Assembly: GCA_963514005.1 (NCBI GenBank)
Contig: OY740795.1
Location: 33,294,001-33,358,000, forward strand
Origin: Raja brachyura
Lineage: Eukaryota
Direction: 5' to 3'
DNA length: 64,000 nt
Shown: positions 63,111-64,000 of the stretch, one piece after another
Numbering within the stretch: position 1 is the stretch's first letter
Layout: each line of letters starts with the position of its first letter
Made by a program: the position numbers and the translations under genes
The notes under the pieces: generated by a model
Database searches by the model: none
Told to the model about the DNA's origin: nothing
Seen by the model: the letters and a program-made list of their open reading frames with translations, nothing else

Positions 63111-63800
63111 ACAGTCCCACACCACTTCACATCAATGACAGCGATGTGGAGGTGGTCAGTAGCACTAAGTTCCTGGAGGTACAGATCACTAACAGTCTGA
63201 CCTGGTCAAATAACATCTCATCAACAGTTAAGAGAGCGCAGCAGCGGTTGCACTTTCTGCGCCGGATGAGAAGAGCTCATCTCCCCCATCCCATCCTCAC
63301 CACTTTCTACAGGGGCACCATAGAGAGTATTTTGACCAGCTGTATCTCTGTCTGGTTTGGGGATTGTAAAGCCTCTGACTGGAAGTCTGTGCAGAGAGTG
63401 GCGAGGACAGCGGAAAAAATCATCGGGACTTCTCTCCCCTCAATCGGGGATATTGCGACCAAACGTTGCGTGTCTAAGGCCAGCAGTATTATAAAAGACC
63501 CCACACATCTCCATCACGGACTGTTCACTCTGCTGCCCTCGGGCAAAAGATATCGTAGCATAAGGAGCAGAACATCAAGGTTCTGCAACAGCTTCTTCCC
63601 AGGAGCCATCAGACTCCTGAATGCCATGTAATGGGCTGCCACCATTGTCTATTTATCCTTTTATCACTTTTATCCATGTTTATCCTTCTGTTAATTATTG
63701 TGTTGCACAGGGAGCCAAATGCAACGGAATTTCGTTTGGAGTTGCATATATCGATGTATTTCTAAATGACAATAAAGTTTGTATGACTTGACTTTTGACT
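63111..63800 (+). mobile_element. Young 5'-truncated Rex1/Babar-like LINE (uninterrupted ORF C-terminus plus 3' UTR)
   Basis: ORF to 63631: KFLEVQITNSLTWS...KRAQQRLHFLRR...FYRGTIESILT.CI.VW...KDPTH..HGLFTLLPSGKRYRS...NSFFP.AIRLLN. Tail gacaataaag + (tgact)n. Confidence 0.92.
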
Positions 63801-64000
63801 AAAATAATCGAGCACAGAACTATCCTTGGTACAGCCCAAGTGATACTAACAGGCCCAATGGTGTCTGCTGCTGCTGCTTGTAATTTGGGCTTCTAGCTGT
63901 GGAATGCCTGGCCAGGTTGGTTTTAGTTCAGGAAAACAACTAAAACAGCAGACACTGAATTCTCAAACAGAAACACTGTAAGAACTCAGCCGGAGTAGCA

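Noticed and set aside
63086-63631. 181-aa ORF as a host gene
   Set aside because: It is the C-terminus of a Rex1/Babar LINE ORF, and its start lies in another repeat.

Overview
Vertebrate genomic DNA, most likely a cartilaginous fish (skate/ray-like). This is inferred from the repeat set: HE1/V-SINE-type SINEs, CR1 3' ends, Rex1/Babar fragments and Penelope-like elements. I recognise no intact host protein-coding gene. Nearly all listed ORFs are chance ORFs or transposon fragments, so the window looks intronic or intergenic, with AT-rich unique blocks that may be conserved non-coding elements. Structurally clear items: two Penelope-like elements with GIY-YIG remnants and TSDs; many Penelope-derived fold-back elements carrying hammerhead-ribozyme-like cores; a non-autonomous Helitron (A|TC...hairpin-CTAG|T); four MITEs sharing one TIR motif, with TTA target flanks; a hAT-like MITE; a Tigger4/Zombi-like end next to an unexplained CpG-rich block; an old fold-back element split by a SINE; a perfect 300-bp local duplication flanked by a 9-bp direct repeat; and a candidate 46-nt minus-strand exon. 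Family names come from my recall of consensus features, not from database searches. Coordinates of decayed repeats are approximate.
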